This document shows, one piece after another, positions 1 to 12,039 of a stretch of DNA of 64,000 nucleotides. The translations under genes and the position numbers were made by a program. Position 1 is the first letter of the stretch; each line of letters opens with the position of its first letter. The notes below the pieces were generated by a model, which did not search any database, was not told the origin of the DNA, and saw nothing but the letters and a program-made list of their open reading frames with translations. The DNA comes from Octopus vulgaris (Eukaryota): contig OX597843.1 of assembly GCA_951406725.2 (NCBI GenBank), positions 186,001 through 250,000 of the forward strand, written 5' to 3'.

Positions 1-1197
1 TTTACGAAAAGAAAGAAAAAAAAAACAACAAAAAAAACAAATACAAAAGCCTTGGATTTACAGGGTTGGCTGATCCATGATCCAATGCATTCCAGATGTG
101 GCCATCCCATCTTATAAAATATTGTTTGTCTCAATTTGTAAGGTCGTATTCAGGCTCAAGCTTTCTGGTTTCCTGCTATTTTTCAAATATATTTAAATGT
201 TCGATACTACACAGGAAGTGGAATTATTACATTGTCTAGAAAAGAAAAGCAAACAGAAATCCTGCAGGTTTTGGATGAATAGAGCTATGTCCAAATCTTT
301 CCAACCATGACGATCACATCTTTCTTAGGCCGAGTTTATTTTGGGCTGCATAATCCAATATATCCTTCTTCAGAAAGATGGTAGGTATAATCAACACCAT
401 TAGAATTCAGAATCAGGGATGTAACTAAAAACCAAAAAAGTGTTTGGTCAGTTGCTCTATCGATTTTGTCACTTCATTGCCACTGTTTTTGTGAAGCACT
501 CTACTGATTTACTGATTCTACCACTTAGCTAGCCATCAGCAATTTGTTGAGCACGTTGAGTGTATGGATGTGTTGGTTGTATCTTTCCTTAAAGGTATCT
601 GTTATAAGTCCCATTGAAATTTCCCTCACTATTACCTGTAGGTGTTATACTGTTTTTTTATCACTGTTACTCCACTGTCATTGTTTTGTCAGGCATTCTA
701 CTGAATATGCCACTCCACCATACTTAAATAATAATAATAATAATAAGAAGAATTTTTAACATAAGTGGGCATGGCCATGGATGTTACAAGAGAGGAGTGT
801 ATTAGTCAATTGTATCCATCCCAAGTATATAACTGGTACTTCATGTCATTGACCTTGCTTCCTCTCTTTGTTGGGATTTTCATTTATCTTTTGTTATTTT
901 TTTTTCAAACCAGGGACAATGCTTTTTGACACCAACAGATAATAATAATAACAATTATAGTAATAATAATTCTTTCTAATTTTGGAACAGGGCTAGCACT
1001 TGTTAGGGGGTGGGGGGCAAGTTGATTACATTGAGACCAGCACACGACTGACACTTTCCTATACCAGCTGCACGTTGATGAAACGCAAAGTAAACCTTGG
1101 CAAAGTTTGAACTCAGAATGTATAGAGCCAGAGGAACTGCTGCTAAGCATTTTGTCCAATGTGCTAATAATTCCGCCAATTCACCATCTTAATAATG

Positions 1198-1228
<31 letters not shown>

Positions 1229-1243
1229 TAATAAATAATAATG

Positions 1244-1299
<56 letters not shown>

Positions 1300-1759
1300 T
1301 GTAATTTTGTGAGGGATAATCTGATTAAATCAACTCCATAATAATAATAATAATAAGAAGAAGAATAACAATAACAACAACAATACTACTATTAGTGGTA
1401 GTACCAGTAGTATTGATATTTGACCTCAAATTTTAGGGGTAATTTTGGGGCCAATATTTGTTTGGCATTATATTTCATTGTCTCTCTGGAAGAATAAAAA
1501 GGTGAAGTTGACCCCAACAGAATTTGACCATAGAACTTAAAAGAGCGAAAAAAAAACAAAAAAAAACAGAAGGGAGCTGAATATTGGCTGATATTTATAA
1601 CTCGACACTCCACTGACTGACTCCTGCCAAGTGGCTGCCCCTTGGTGAAACTAATATCGATGTGGGTGAGCCTGGATTTGCGGCAGGCTTCGATTCGTTT
1701 TTCAGTTTGGTTTTTTTTCTTAAATTAAAATTACTTTTGGTTTATTTTTGGGGTTTTCG

Positions 1760-2134
1760 TTAAGACTGTGCGTGGACGCTATGTGATTGTCTTCGTATTG
1801 AGGTTGTAGACGTTAGCGGTAGCGTCGAGGACGATCGACAAGGGCACATAACTTTGTGCAAGGCGTCCCTAAAGTCGGACAGTCCCCAGGCGTAGAGTCC
1901 GGGATTCCACACGGAGTTGGCATGTGACAAGATGACAGCGAAATTCATGAGTATCGGTGGGATGACACAGTCTTTGCAAAATAACATGATGGCGTTGATT
2001 GTATAGAGCGGGAACCAGGAGACCAAAAACAGGAGTACAATGATTAGCACGCTTTTTGCTGTCTGTGCATCCCGCTTGGCGCTCTCTTTTGTTTGGACTC
2101 CCATAGTGCTTTGCTGCTGTTTCGCTGACTGTAA
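1760..2134 (-). CDS. AdoR: 3'-terminal coding exon (end of ICL3, TM6, ECL3, TM7, helix 8, C-tail) of a class A GPCR, adenosine receptor-like
   Basis: Translation LQSAKQQQSTMGVQ...AKSVLIIVLLFLVSWFPLYTINAIMLFCKDC...ILSHANSVWNPGLYAWGLSDFRDALHKV. It has the TM6 xWxP motif, an ECL3 CxxC and SHANSxxNPxxYA, typical of adenosine receptors. A polypyrimidine acceptor cttttcttttctatttcag ends at 2135 (phase 0); the stop is at 1760-1762. Confidence 0.88.
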   Translation of the reverse strand, partial: LQSAKQQQSTMGVQTKESAKRDAQTAKSVLIIVLLFLVSWFPLYTINAIMLFCKDCVIPPILMNFAVILSHANSVWNPGLYAWGLSDFRDALHKVMCPCRSSSTLPLTSTTSIRRQSHSVHAQS

Positions 2135-2351
2135 CTGAAATAGAAAAGAAAAGAATACATAAATATCATCATCATCATTATCATCATCATTTAGCGTCCG
2201 TTTTCCATGCTAGCATGGGTTGGACGGTTTGACCGGGGTCTGGGAAGCCAGAAGGCTGCACCAGGCTCCAGTCTTATCTGGCAGTGTTTCTACAGCTGTT
2301 CCGTGAGTGTATTGGGTGCTTTTTACCTCACTACCTCCTCCTCCTCCTCCT

Positions 2352-2640
2352 CATCATCATCATTTAGCGTCTGTTTTCCATGCTAGCATGGGTTGGACGG
2401 TTTGACTGAGGTCTGGGAAGCCTGAAGGCTGCACCAGGCCCAGTCTGATCTGGCAATGATTCTACAGCTGGATGCCCTTCCTAACGCCAACCACTCTGTG
2501 AGTGTAGTGGGTGCTTTTTAAGTGCCACCGGCACAGGTGCTAGACGAGGCTGGCAAACGGCCACACTCGGATGGTTCGCTTACGTGCCCCCGGCAATTGT
2601 ATCACAGCTACAATTTCCATTGATGTTGATCGATTTCGAT
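2352..2640 (-). mobile_element. 5'-truncated RTE LINE 3'-UTR copy with (GAT)n tail. Representative of about 18 copies, e.g. 2170-2325, 9530-9760, 26540-26855, 27044-27350, 32127-32478, 33240-33815, 38735-38912, 42680-43215, 44665-45028, 52390-52575, 60270-60610
   Basis: Shared motif gtgccggtggcacgtaaaaagcaccc...ttaggaagggcatccagctgtagaaac...acccatgctagcatggaaaacggacg-(gat)n. It is contiguous with an RTE ORF end at 54886-55740. Confidence 0.8.
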
Positions 2641-2775
2641 ATATACATCAAATAAAAAGAAAGAAAAAGAAAGAAAAAAGACAAGAAAAAACAAATACAA
2701 AAGCCTTGGATTTACAGAGTTGGTTGATCCATGATCCAATGCATTCCAGATGTGGCCATCCTATCTTATAAAATC

Positions 2776-2880
2776 CTAGCAGTATTGCCCGGCTGTTGCT
2801 CGGGTTTGTTTCGACCTTTTAGAATTGGAATTTTTGGAAAGTAAAAATTTAGCATTATGTAGCTTATTATTCTCTTTAAG
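2776..2880 (-). mobile_element. Helitron-type 3' terminus (hairpin + CTAG); left end only defined
   Basis: The minus strand reads cccgagc-aaca-gccggg (hairpin, 2788-2804), then caatactg and CTAG (2776-2779). A similar plus-strand terminus ends at 20960. Confidence 0.55.
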
Positions 2881-3285
2881 CGGAAGAGGAAAGAGAGAGG
2901 GAGCATGATAAAGGGCTGGAGAGCCAGGGACGGAGAGACAGAAAGAAAGAAGGGAGAGAGAGAGGGTGGGTGGGATAGAGGAAGGATGAAACAGAGAGGG
3001 AGTATGAGAGGGAGAGGAAGTATGAGAGGGAGAGGAAGTATGAGAGGGAGAGGAAGTATGAGAGAGAGAGAGGAAGGAGAGAGGAGTGAATGATAAGGGG
3101 AGAGAAAGTGATGGAGAGAAAAAGGGAAAAGGAGAAACATAGAGAGAGAAAGAGACACACCACACACACACACACACACACACAAAGAAACACTGAGAGA
3201 AATTGAGAGGGGAAGACATGGATAGAGAAAGAGGAGAATACAGGGAGAGAAAGAGAAAGACACAGCCTGACAGAGAGGGTGGGAC

Positions 3286-3349
<64 letters not shown>

Positions 3350-3474
3350 CAGGAAACATGTAATTACATAAATTTAATGAAATGTAAATAAATAAGAATT
3401 TTATCGGAAATGCAATTTCACACAATTTTGTTCTGACAATTTTGTTTCTTCCATCTTGCTGTTTCACATTGTCA

Positions 3475-3550
<76 letters not shown>

Positions 3551-3595
3551 GTTTGAATATGTATGTATGTATGTTTGTATAAATATATATATATG

Positions 3596-3632
<37 letters not shown>

Positions 3633-3709
3633 GTGTATATATATATATAATTTTGTTTCTTTCATCTTGTTGTTTCACATTGTCAATGTGTATATATATA
3701 TGTATGTAA

Positions 3710-3749
<40 letters not shown>

Positions 3750-3774
3750 ATATGTATGTGTATGTAATATATAT

Positions 3775-3818
<44 letters not shown>

Positions 3819-4686
3819 GTATATATATGTTTGAATATGTATGTATGTATGTTTGTATAAATATATATATGCACACATACACATACATATGCATGTATGT
3901 GAGTGTATACATTTGTTGCAGTGTATATAATTATAAGTATATGTGTATACATTTCTATATTATCTAGATAGATATTTCTATTCACACACATACGTATCTA
4001 TCTACCCATGTTTATGTCTGTGTGTGTGTATGAATCCATCTATCTAAGTGCATATATACATGCATTATACACACACATGCACATATGTTAGAATTAAATC
4101 GATATAATGGTGGTGCCCCAGCATTGCCGCGGCCTTCGGGCTGAAATTTTTTAAGGATTTATATATATATGAATTTATGTATATACATTTATGTGCATGC
4201 ATAGATACAGATGCATATGCTCAGACACATACACACATCTATATATATAAATATACATGCATACATATATACCTACACAGAAATATCTACATACATACAG
4301 AGGAAAACCATTTGCTAGCATCAACACCAATCTCACAGTTTCCTGGGTGGTCTTAGTCACAGTAGACACCCAGAAAAAATATATACTCGCTTGCATGAAT
4401 ATGAATGCATATATATATATATATATATTATATACATAGCTTTACATGTTTGTTTATACTAACACACACGCACACACAAATATCCAAGAGCAGAATGAAA
4501 TAGGAAATTCAGTTAAAATAATTTTTATTTTAGCATCATAAATTATATAACCATTACATGTGTTTCACTAATGTATGTTGTGTAGTAATTGTTATGTAGA
4601 TGATTGCATAATCACATTATAATGCCTGATCTTCAGGAGAAAATAGCGAGTTAAACCATTGTTGGCTACCAATCTCAGTTGGTGAG

Positions 4687-4722
<36 letters not shown>

Positions 4723-4737
4723 ATGCCATGTTGAATC

Positions 4738-4919
4738 GTTAGCCCCTACACGCAATTTTTTTCTCTCCTTGTTTCTTTTCTGTGTATCTTTCTGTCGAAG
4801 AGCGTAGGCTTGAAACGTAAAAGACTTGTTTTATTTCTATTCCTGAGCGCCATACTAATACATTATTTGTTTGTACTCCACCTGCCTTCGTCTTTTGTTT
4901 ATTTTCATAAACCTTCCCG

Positions 4920-4925
<6 letters not shown>
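4738..4925 (+). mobile_element. Penelope-like pLTR-derived short element with variant minimal hammerhead. Other copies at 12782-12960, 12992-13103, 21575-21745 and a fragment at 36800-36880
   Basis: Near-identical dispersed copies containing tcttt-ctgtcgaa-gagc gtag gctc-gaaacgt-a-aaaga and ending in (TA)n. Confidence 0.6.
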
Positions 4926-4962
<37 letters not shown>

Positions 4963-4984
4963 GTGACAATTAGTTGGTTGTCAT

Positions 4985-5045
4985 GATAAAACTCAGAGTT
5001 TCAGATACCAGAGATGAAGTCCGGTCCGGCATCTCATCAATTATT
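4985..5045 (-). ncRNA. Degenerate type I hammerhead ribozyme (Penelope-type), paralog of 45581-45641
   Basis: Minus strand: aataa-ttgatga-gatgcc...ggtatc-t-gaaactctgagt-t-ttatc. The core has C3>U. Confidence 0.5.
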
Positions 5046-5775
5046 GGTCTCAAGTATTTGTCTTATGAAGAAAGGCTGAAGACGCTCAACCTTTATTCTC
5101 TAGAAAAACGCCGCCGCCGTGGTGATCTCATTCTCGCTCACAACATCATAAGCGGAAAGTGTAACCTCTCGAAAGAGCTGTTCTTCACTCCTGCTCCAGA
5201 GCATGGGCTGCGGGGTCACTCCGTAAAGCTCTATCTACGACGATTTCATCTCAATCGAAGGAGAGGGGCTTTCTCCGTCCGGGTTGCGGATCCGTGGAAT
5301 AAGCTGCCAGACGAGATAGTGAAGATGCCGACGACCGCTCGGTTCAAAGTCTCTCTTGACCAGAAATGGCCTGAACTCTTTGCATGAACACCTTCCCCAT
5401 ACTTAACTCCCTGTCCCCCTACATGGCCTCACAACATTATAAGCGGAAAGTGTAACCTCTCGAAAGAGCTGTTCTTCACTCCTGCTCCAGAGTGTGAGCT
5501 GCAGGGTCACTCCAAAAAGCTCTATCTATGACGATTTCATCTCAATCGAAGGTGAGGGGCTTTCTCTGTCCGGGTTGCGGATCCGTGGAATAAGCTGCCG
5601 GACAAGATGGTGAAGATGCTGACGACCGCTCGGTTCAAAGTCTCCCTTGACCACAAATGGCCTGAACTCTTTGTATGAACGCCAACCTTGTACATAACTC
5701 CCTGTCCCCCTACATGGCCTTGCTTTTGCTTTTTGAGCCAATAAAAATTGAATTGAATTGAATTGAAATTGAATT
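5046..5775 (+). mobile_element. CR1-group LINE 3' end, two tandem 5'-truncated copies (about 5046-5428 and 5428-5775) with (AATTG)n tail
   Basis: ORF 4974-5387 LSYEERLKTLNLYSLEKRRRRGDLI...LRGHS.KL...FSVRVADPWNKLP matches the CR1-type ORF2 C-terminus. Confidence 0.85.
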
Positions 5776-5891
5776 AAGACAAAATGCTATAAAAAGACCC
5801 TTAAATAAACTCTGAGTTACGTCTTATATTTATAGATAAATTCCTCTATTTTACATAATATCGAGGTCTCATTCATTCTTTTGTTGTCATA

Positions 5892-6135
5892 TTGAAGGAG
5901 AAAAAACTGTCAAGGTGTCAGTCATTCTCCAACAGGTTTATGGCCCAGCCTGTCGCATTTGAGACATCTGACATTCTTGGACTCTGGACAATATATCCCT
6001 GCTCATTGATATTGGGGTGGAAATTGCAGTCCATAAGTGCAAGCGCCTTGGAGTCAGAATGGCTGTCCCAGCACATCTCCCTCGCTATCCTCTGGGGCAA
6101 CGCCTTTTCCATTTTGTCTGCTGGGGCCATGAGAA
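5892..6135 (+). mobile_element. Degraded 3' end of a CRE-like (restriction-like endonuclease) non-LTR retrotransposon
   Basis: PVAFETSDILG...WLSQHISLAILWGNAFSIL resembles the CRE-clade C-terminal PxAxETxG...QRLSxAIxRGNAxxI motif. Confidence 0.55.
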
Positions 6136-6147
6136 ACGTTTCTATAT

Positions 6148-6512
6148 TGTTAGTTAGTTAGTTAGTTAGTTAATTTTTTGGCTCAAAAAGCAAAAAGCAA
6201 GGCCATGTAGGGGGACATGGAGTTATGTACAGGGTGGTGTTCATGCAAAGAGTTCAGGCCATTTCTGGTCAAGGGAGACTTTGAACCGAGCGGTCGTCGG
6301 CATCTTCACCATCTCGTCCGGCAGCTTATTCCACGGATCCGCAACTCGGACGGAGAAAGCCCCTCTCCTTCGATTGAGATGAAATCGTCGCAGATAGAGC
6401 TTTTCGGAGTGACCCCGCAGCCGACGTTCTGGAGCAGGAGTGAAGAACAACTCTTTCGAGAGGTTACACTTTCCGCTTATGACGTTGTGAGCAAGAATGA
6501 GATCACCATGGC
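6148..6512 (-). mobile_element. CR1-group LINE 3' end with (TAAC)n tail
   Basis: Reverse complement of 5046-5745; ORF 6241-6450 LRGHSEKLYLRRFHLNRRRGAFSVRV. Confidence 0.85.
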
Positions 6513-6763
6513 GTCGTCAAGATTCTCTGCATCCTACAGTTTTGGTTACAAAGACAAGTTACAGTTCTTCTTGAGGTACACAAAAAAATATACAAGGCTC
6601 AACACGTCTACAGTCGCGTATATTTTCAACATGCAGAGATAGAAAAAGCAAGAAGACGAGATTGTGTGGGTATGTGTATGTGCATGTGTGTGTGTGTGTG
6701 TGTGTGCATGTGTGTGTTTGTGTACGTGTGTGTTATTCACAAATCGGGGGTTAGGGGAAAAGT

Positions 6764-6798
<35 letters not shown>

Positions 6799-7684
6799 GT
6801 GTCCATGCTTGTGTGTGGGTGCAGTGTAGTGTGAATGTGTGTGTGTGTGTACGTGTGTGTTATTCATAAATCGGGGATTGGAGGGAAAAGTGAAAGAGAG
6901 AGAGAGAGAGAAGGGTGCATGCATGTGTATGGGTGGAGTGTAGTATGAATGTGCAGTTATGTGTGTGTGTGTGTGTGTGTGTATGTGTGTGTGTGTGTGT
7001 GTGTGTTTGTACATGTGTGTTATTCACATATTGAGGTGGGACAGAAAAAGTGAGAGAGAGAGAGAGAGAGAGAAAAGGGTGTGCATGTGTGTATGTGTAG
7101 AGTGTAGCGAGAATGTGTGGATGTACGTGTGTGTGTATGTGAATGTGTGTTTGTGAATGTGCGTGCATGTGAATGTATGTGCATGTGAATGTGTGTGTGT
7201 GTGTGTGTGTGTACAAATCTGTATGCGTGTGAATATGTGTGTGAGAAGCTGTGTGAGAAACTGTGTGCATTTGAAAGTGTGTGTGTGTGTGTGAAAATAT
7301 GTGGTTGAGTGTGTGAATCTATGTGCATGTGTGAGTGTGAAAATGTGTGTGTGTGTGAATTTGTGTACCTGTGAATGTGTGTGTGTGTGAAAATGTGTGC
7401 GTGTGTGTAAATCTGTGTGGATATGAATGTGTGTGCGAAAATGTGTATGTTTATGAAATTGTGCACGTGTGAATCTGTGTGTGTGTGTGTGAGTGAATGT
7501 GTGTGTGAAAATGTTTGTGCATGTGAATGTGTGTGTGTGTTTGTGTACGTGTGTGTGTGAATGTGTGGATGTGTTGAGAGAGAAAAAAGAATAAAGTTTA
7601 AACAAAACTAAAAAAGATAGCATATATGTGTATTTGTATGTTTGTGTGCATGTGTATACGTGTGTATGTACATATATGTGTGTA

Positions 7685-7728
<44 letters not shown>

Positions 7729-9243
7729 TGTTTATGAGCATGCATACATATGTGTGTTTTTATGTATATGTGGTTGTGTATACATGTGTATGTACAGGTG
7801 TGTGTGTGTGTGTGTGTGTACATAGGGTGTGATGGGTGAAGAGAAGTTTGTCTCTGAAGAAGGGTCAATTGTTCCAAAAGGGTATGTACTGGGGTAGAAG
7901 TGGTAGGCAAGAAAAAAACCTTATCAATATTATACACATGGACTGAACTGGCATTCCTGACCCTACTCCCCCACGGGCGTGCACACACACACACACATAT
8001 AATATACTTATATATACATATATATATACATATACATATATATATAATATACATACACACACACACACATATATATATATAAATATACAGATGTGTATGT
8101 AAATGTATTTTCATGTATATGTATATATATATATATATATGACAATATATACACACAGTTCTACATATAGTGAGTTTGTGTGTATAGACATATCAATACT
8201 TGCCTCTACATACACATATACACATATTATCATATTGTATTTATTCATGTATACATATATATATATATATATGTATGTATGTGTGTGTGTGTATTATATA
8301 TATATATATATAGATATATATGTATGTATATATATATGTATGTATATGTATGTATATATGTATGTGTATATATATATATATATGTTTGTATGTGTGTATA
8401 TATATATATATGTGTTTTGTGTGTGTCAATGTATATACATATGTGTGTGCATGTGTATATATATGCATGTATGTGTGTATATATGTGTGTGTGTGTGTGT
8501 TTATGTATATACACATATATATATATGTGTGTATGTGAATATATATATATATATACATTTTCATGTATATATATATACTTATATATAAACACATACTTGT
8601 GTACATGTATATATATGTATACATACATACATATATACATATGTATGTGTCTTTGTGTGTGTGTGTGTATACATGCAAATATGTGTGTATGTGCACATTG
8701 TATACATATACCAAAGTATATATATACATATATATATCCCTATATGTATGTATGCATGTATGTATGCTTTTATTCTTTTACTTATTTCAGTCACTTGAGT
8801 ATGGCCATGCTGGAGCACTGCCTGTGTATAAATATCTGATACAGTCAAACCAATCGATTTCTCATTACTCGCTAAGAAGGAAACAATTTCCAGATGATCT
8901 TCCCTTAAGTATATGTCACTTTCTCTCTTCCTCTCTCTCTCTCTCTCTGCATTTGATATGAATTAAATCCCTCTTGGTGTTAAATGACCTCCTTAATCTA
9001 GATCTTAAGTCAATCATACCGTGTCACACACATGTGTATTTAGACACTTACAGACACATACACACACACACATACTTATAGAGAGATAATGATGCAAAAA
9101 ACATATCAAAATTGCTTGGGTTTGATATACAAAATATGTATACATGTATACATGCAAATAGAGAGAAAAGAAAGATCAAAAATATTCAGACAATGAACAT
9201 ATACATACATACACACATACATATATGTATGTATGTATGTATG

Positions 9244-9305
<62 letters not shown>

Positions 9306-10439
9306 GCACGGACTTTGTCAGTGAACAGGTCGCGGATTTTAGCGACGAAAATATTTTGACAAATTAAACTTAAATGTTGGAGTGAATCGAACGGCTTTTG
9401 TGTGTTTCTTAAATGGCTTATAAACACCTTCCACGCTGCAATTGTGATATATGTATATATATATCATCATCATTTAACGTCTGTATGTATGTATGTATGT
9501 ATGTATGTATGTACGTACATACATACATACATCCAACCGATCGTGGCCGATGCCAGACACCCCTGGCACCTGTGCAGGTGGCACGTAAAAAGCACCCACT
9601 ACACTCTCGGAGTGGTTGGCGTTAGGAAGGGCATCCAGCTGTAGAAACACTGCCAGATCAGACTGGAGCCTGGTGCAGCCCTGGCTTCCCAGACCCCGGC
9701 CGAACCATCCAACCCGTGCTAGCACGGAAAACGGACGTTAAACGATGATGATGATGATGATATATGTATATATAGGTATGTATGTATATGCACACACACA
9801 CATGCATATATATATATATATAATTCAAAATAGGACAAGAATGCAAAACATCTGGACAGCTAGGTGATACAAAAAGGGACAACAAAACATCAAGATAAAC
9901 GATACTAAGAAAACAAGGACGGGTCATTCAAAATTTTCTTTCTTCAGTCAAGCACCAGATTATCCTCACAATTTCGGCTGATATATATATATCATCATCA
10001 TTTAACATATGTATGTATGTATGTACGTACATACATACATACATACGAAACATGACTTGCGAGTCAGTTGGTGACTCTGCCAGAGCTAGTGCCACATAAA
10101 AAGCATCCAGTCCACACTGTAAAGTGGTTGGCATTTGGAAGGGCATCCAGCTGTAAAAATCATACCAAAACTAACCTCACCTGTGCTAGTGCCACATAAA
10201 AAGGACTGAGTCCACTCTGCAGGGTGATCGGTGTTTGGAAGGGCATCCAGCTGTAAGAAAGACTTTCTCAAACAGATATATATATATATAGGTATATATA
10301 TAGGTATATATTTTCACACAGATATATGTATATAGGTATATATTTTCACACACACACACACACACACACATATATGTACATACACAGGCACACAGATATA
10401 TATATATAAGTGTGTGTGTACAAACACATACATACATAC

Positions 10440-10480
<41 letters not shown>

Positions 10481-10715
10481 GGAACCAATTTTTTTTATAA
10501 GCATGTTATATGTATGTATATTATGTGTGTTTGTATATATGTATGTATGCATTTATATATAAAGATCTTTCATAAATAAGATAAGCTTCTGCAGGGGTTG
10601 TCTTCTACCTGGCTGGCTCCTGTCAACTGTCCAACCCATGCACGTACAGAAAATGGATGTTAAAGGATGATGATGATGGTGGGGACATCTAACACATATT
10701 CAGTCACTCCTATAC

Positions 10716-10807
10716 CTGAATATTTTTACTCATCGTCTGAGAGGACAATTTTCTCCTGGGACTTTTTCCACAGCAAACGGTCTTCTTATGCCCGAGTGCC
10801 CTCGAAT
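10716..10807 (-). CDS. Candidate internal exon (92 nt), possibly ICL3 of the GPCR
   Basis: Non-repetitive island bounded by tttaacag| and cag|gtatag. Only one frame is open (SRALGHKKTVCCGKSPRRKLSSQTMSKNIQ) and it ends in phase 0, compatible with the 2134 acceptor. No homology evidence. Confidence 0.35.
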
Positions 10808-11061
10808 CTGTTAAATATAACTTTATACACACACACATACATATGTGTATGTGTGTGTGTGTATATAATATGATGGGCTTCTTTCAGTTTCCATCCCCCA
10901 AATCCACTCAGAAGGCTTTGGTCGGCTCGAGGCTATAGTAGAAGACACTTGCCGAAGATGCCACGCAGTGGGACTGAACCCAGAACCATGTGGCTGGTGG
11001 TTGGTAATCAAGCTTCTTACCACACAGTCATGCTTGTGTCTATACAAACATATACATGTGT

Positions 11062-11108
<47 letters not shown>

Positions 11109-11559
11109 GTTTCATGTTCTCACACACACACACACATCCCACATGCTCAAAATAAGAAGTTACTGCCTATATCTCGATGATCTTTAATGATAATAAATTT
11201 ATTTGGGTACACGCGGAACGCCTACACTACACACACACCCTCCTGTTGATCTTTCCATAGTCTTCCATAATCTTCAGTCAAATCTGGGGTAGTTGGACAA
11301 TCCGTAAGCTTCACATTTCATGACTCACAGTATACACTCTCTGAAATCAAATTGCATTCAGTATAGCAAAAAGAAGACAGACCATCCCAAATTCTTACTT
11401 CGTCCTACACGTATGCATTTTCACTTAAATCCATTTTGAACAAGACATTCTTTATTCAGCCCTTTCGCATTCACAATATTCTGTCAAAACTAGTGTTTGT
11501 TTGTACTGGGGTATCTAAGGCTCCGTGGTTACAGTAAGAGGAAAGGGTATTTCATCATT

Positions 11560-11940
11560 CGAGGCGCAATGGCCCAGTGGTTAGAGCAGCGGACTCGCGG
11601 TCGTAGGATCGCAGTTTCGATTCCCAGACCGGGTGTTGTGAGTGTTTATTGAGCGAAAACACCTAAAAGCTCCACGAGGCTCCGGCAGGGGATGGTTGTG
11701 ATCCCTGCTCTACTCTTTCACCACAACTTTCTCTCACTCTTTCTTCTTGTTTCTGTTGTACCTGTATTTCAAAGGGCCGGCCTTGTCACTCTCTGTGTCA
11801 TGCTGAATATCCCCGAGAACTACGTTAAGGGGACACATGTCTGTGGAGTGCTCAGCCACTTACACGTTAATTTCACGAGCAGGCTGTTCCGTTGATCGGA
11901 TCAACCGGAACCCTCGTCGTCGTAACCGACGGAGTGCTTC
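11560..11940 (+). mobile_element. tRNA(Arg)-like SINE (octopus OR-type), full length; minus copies at about 19915-20220 and 44313-44660
   Basis: Head ggcgcaatggcccagtggttagagcagcggactcgcggtcgtaggatcgcagtttcgattccc has A/B boxes and a TCG anticodon-like loop; repeated within the window. Confidence 0.8.
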
Positions 11941-12039
11941 CATCCATTTCATCATTATTTCATCCTCCTCCTTTACATTCCGATCCTCTCCTACTAACAA
12001 CATTACCTCATTGTCTTACTATACTATACTAATTGTTTT

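Noticed and set aside
2766-4000. Long ORFs rich in YI/HT/CV (also throughout the window, e.g. 7608-8961, 46832-47528, 60867-61707)
   Set aside because: Translations of (TA)n/(CA)n/(TG)n microsatellites, open in several frames on both strands.
9302-9440. Small TIR element
   Set aside because: Only an 11-bp imperfect inverted match, with no clear TSD or second copy.
11560-11632. tRNA-Arg gene
   Set aside because: No paired acceptor stem; continues into a repeated SINE body.
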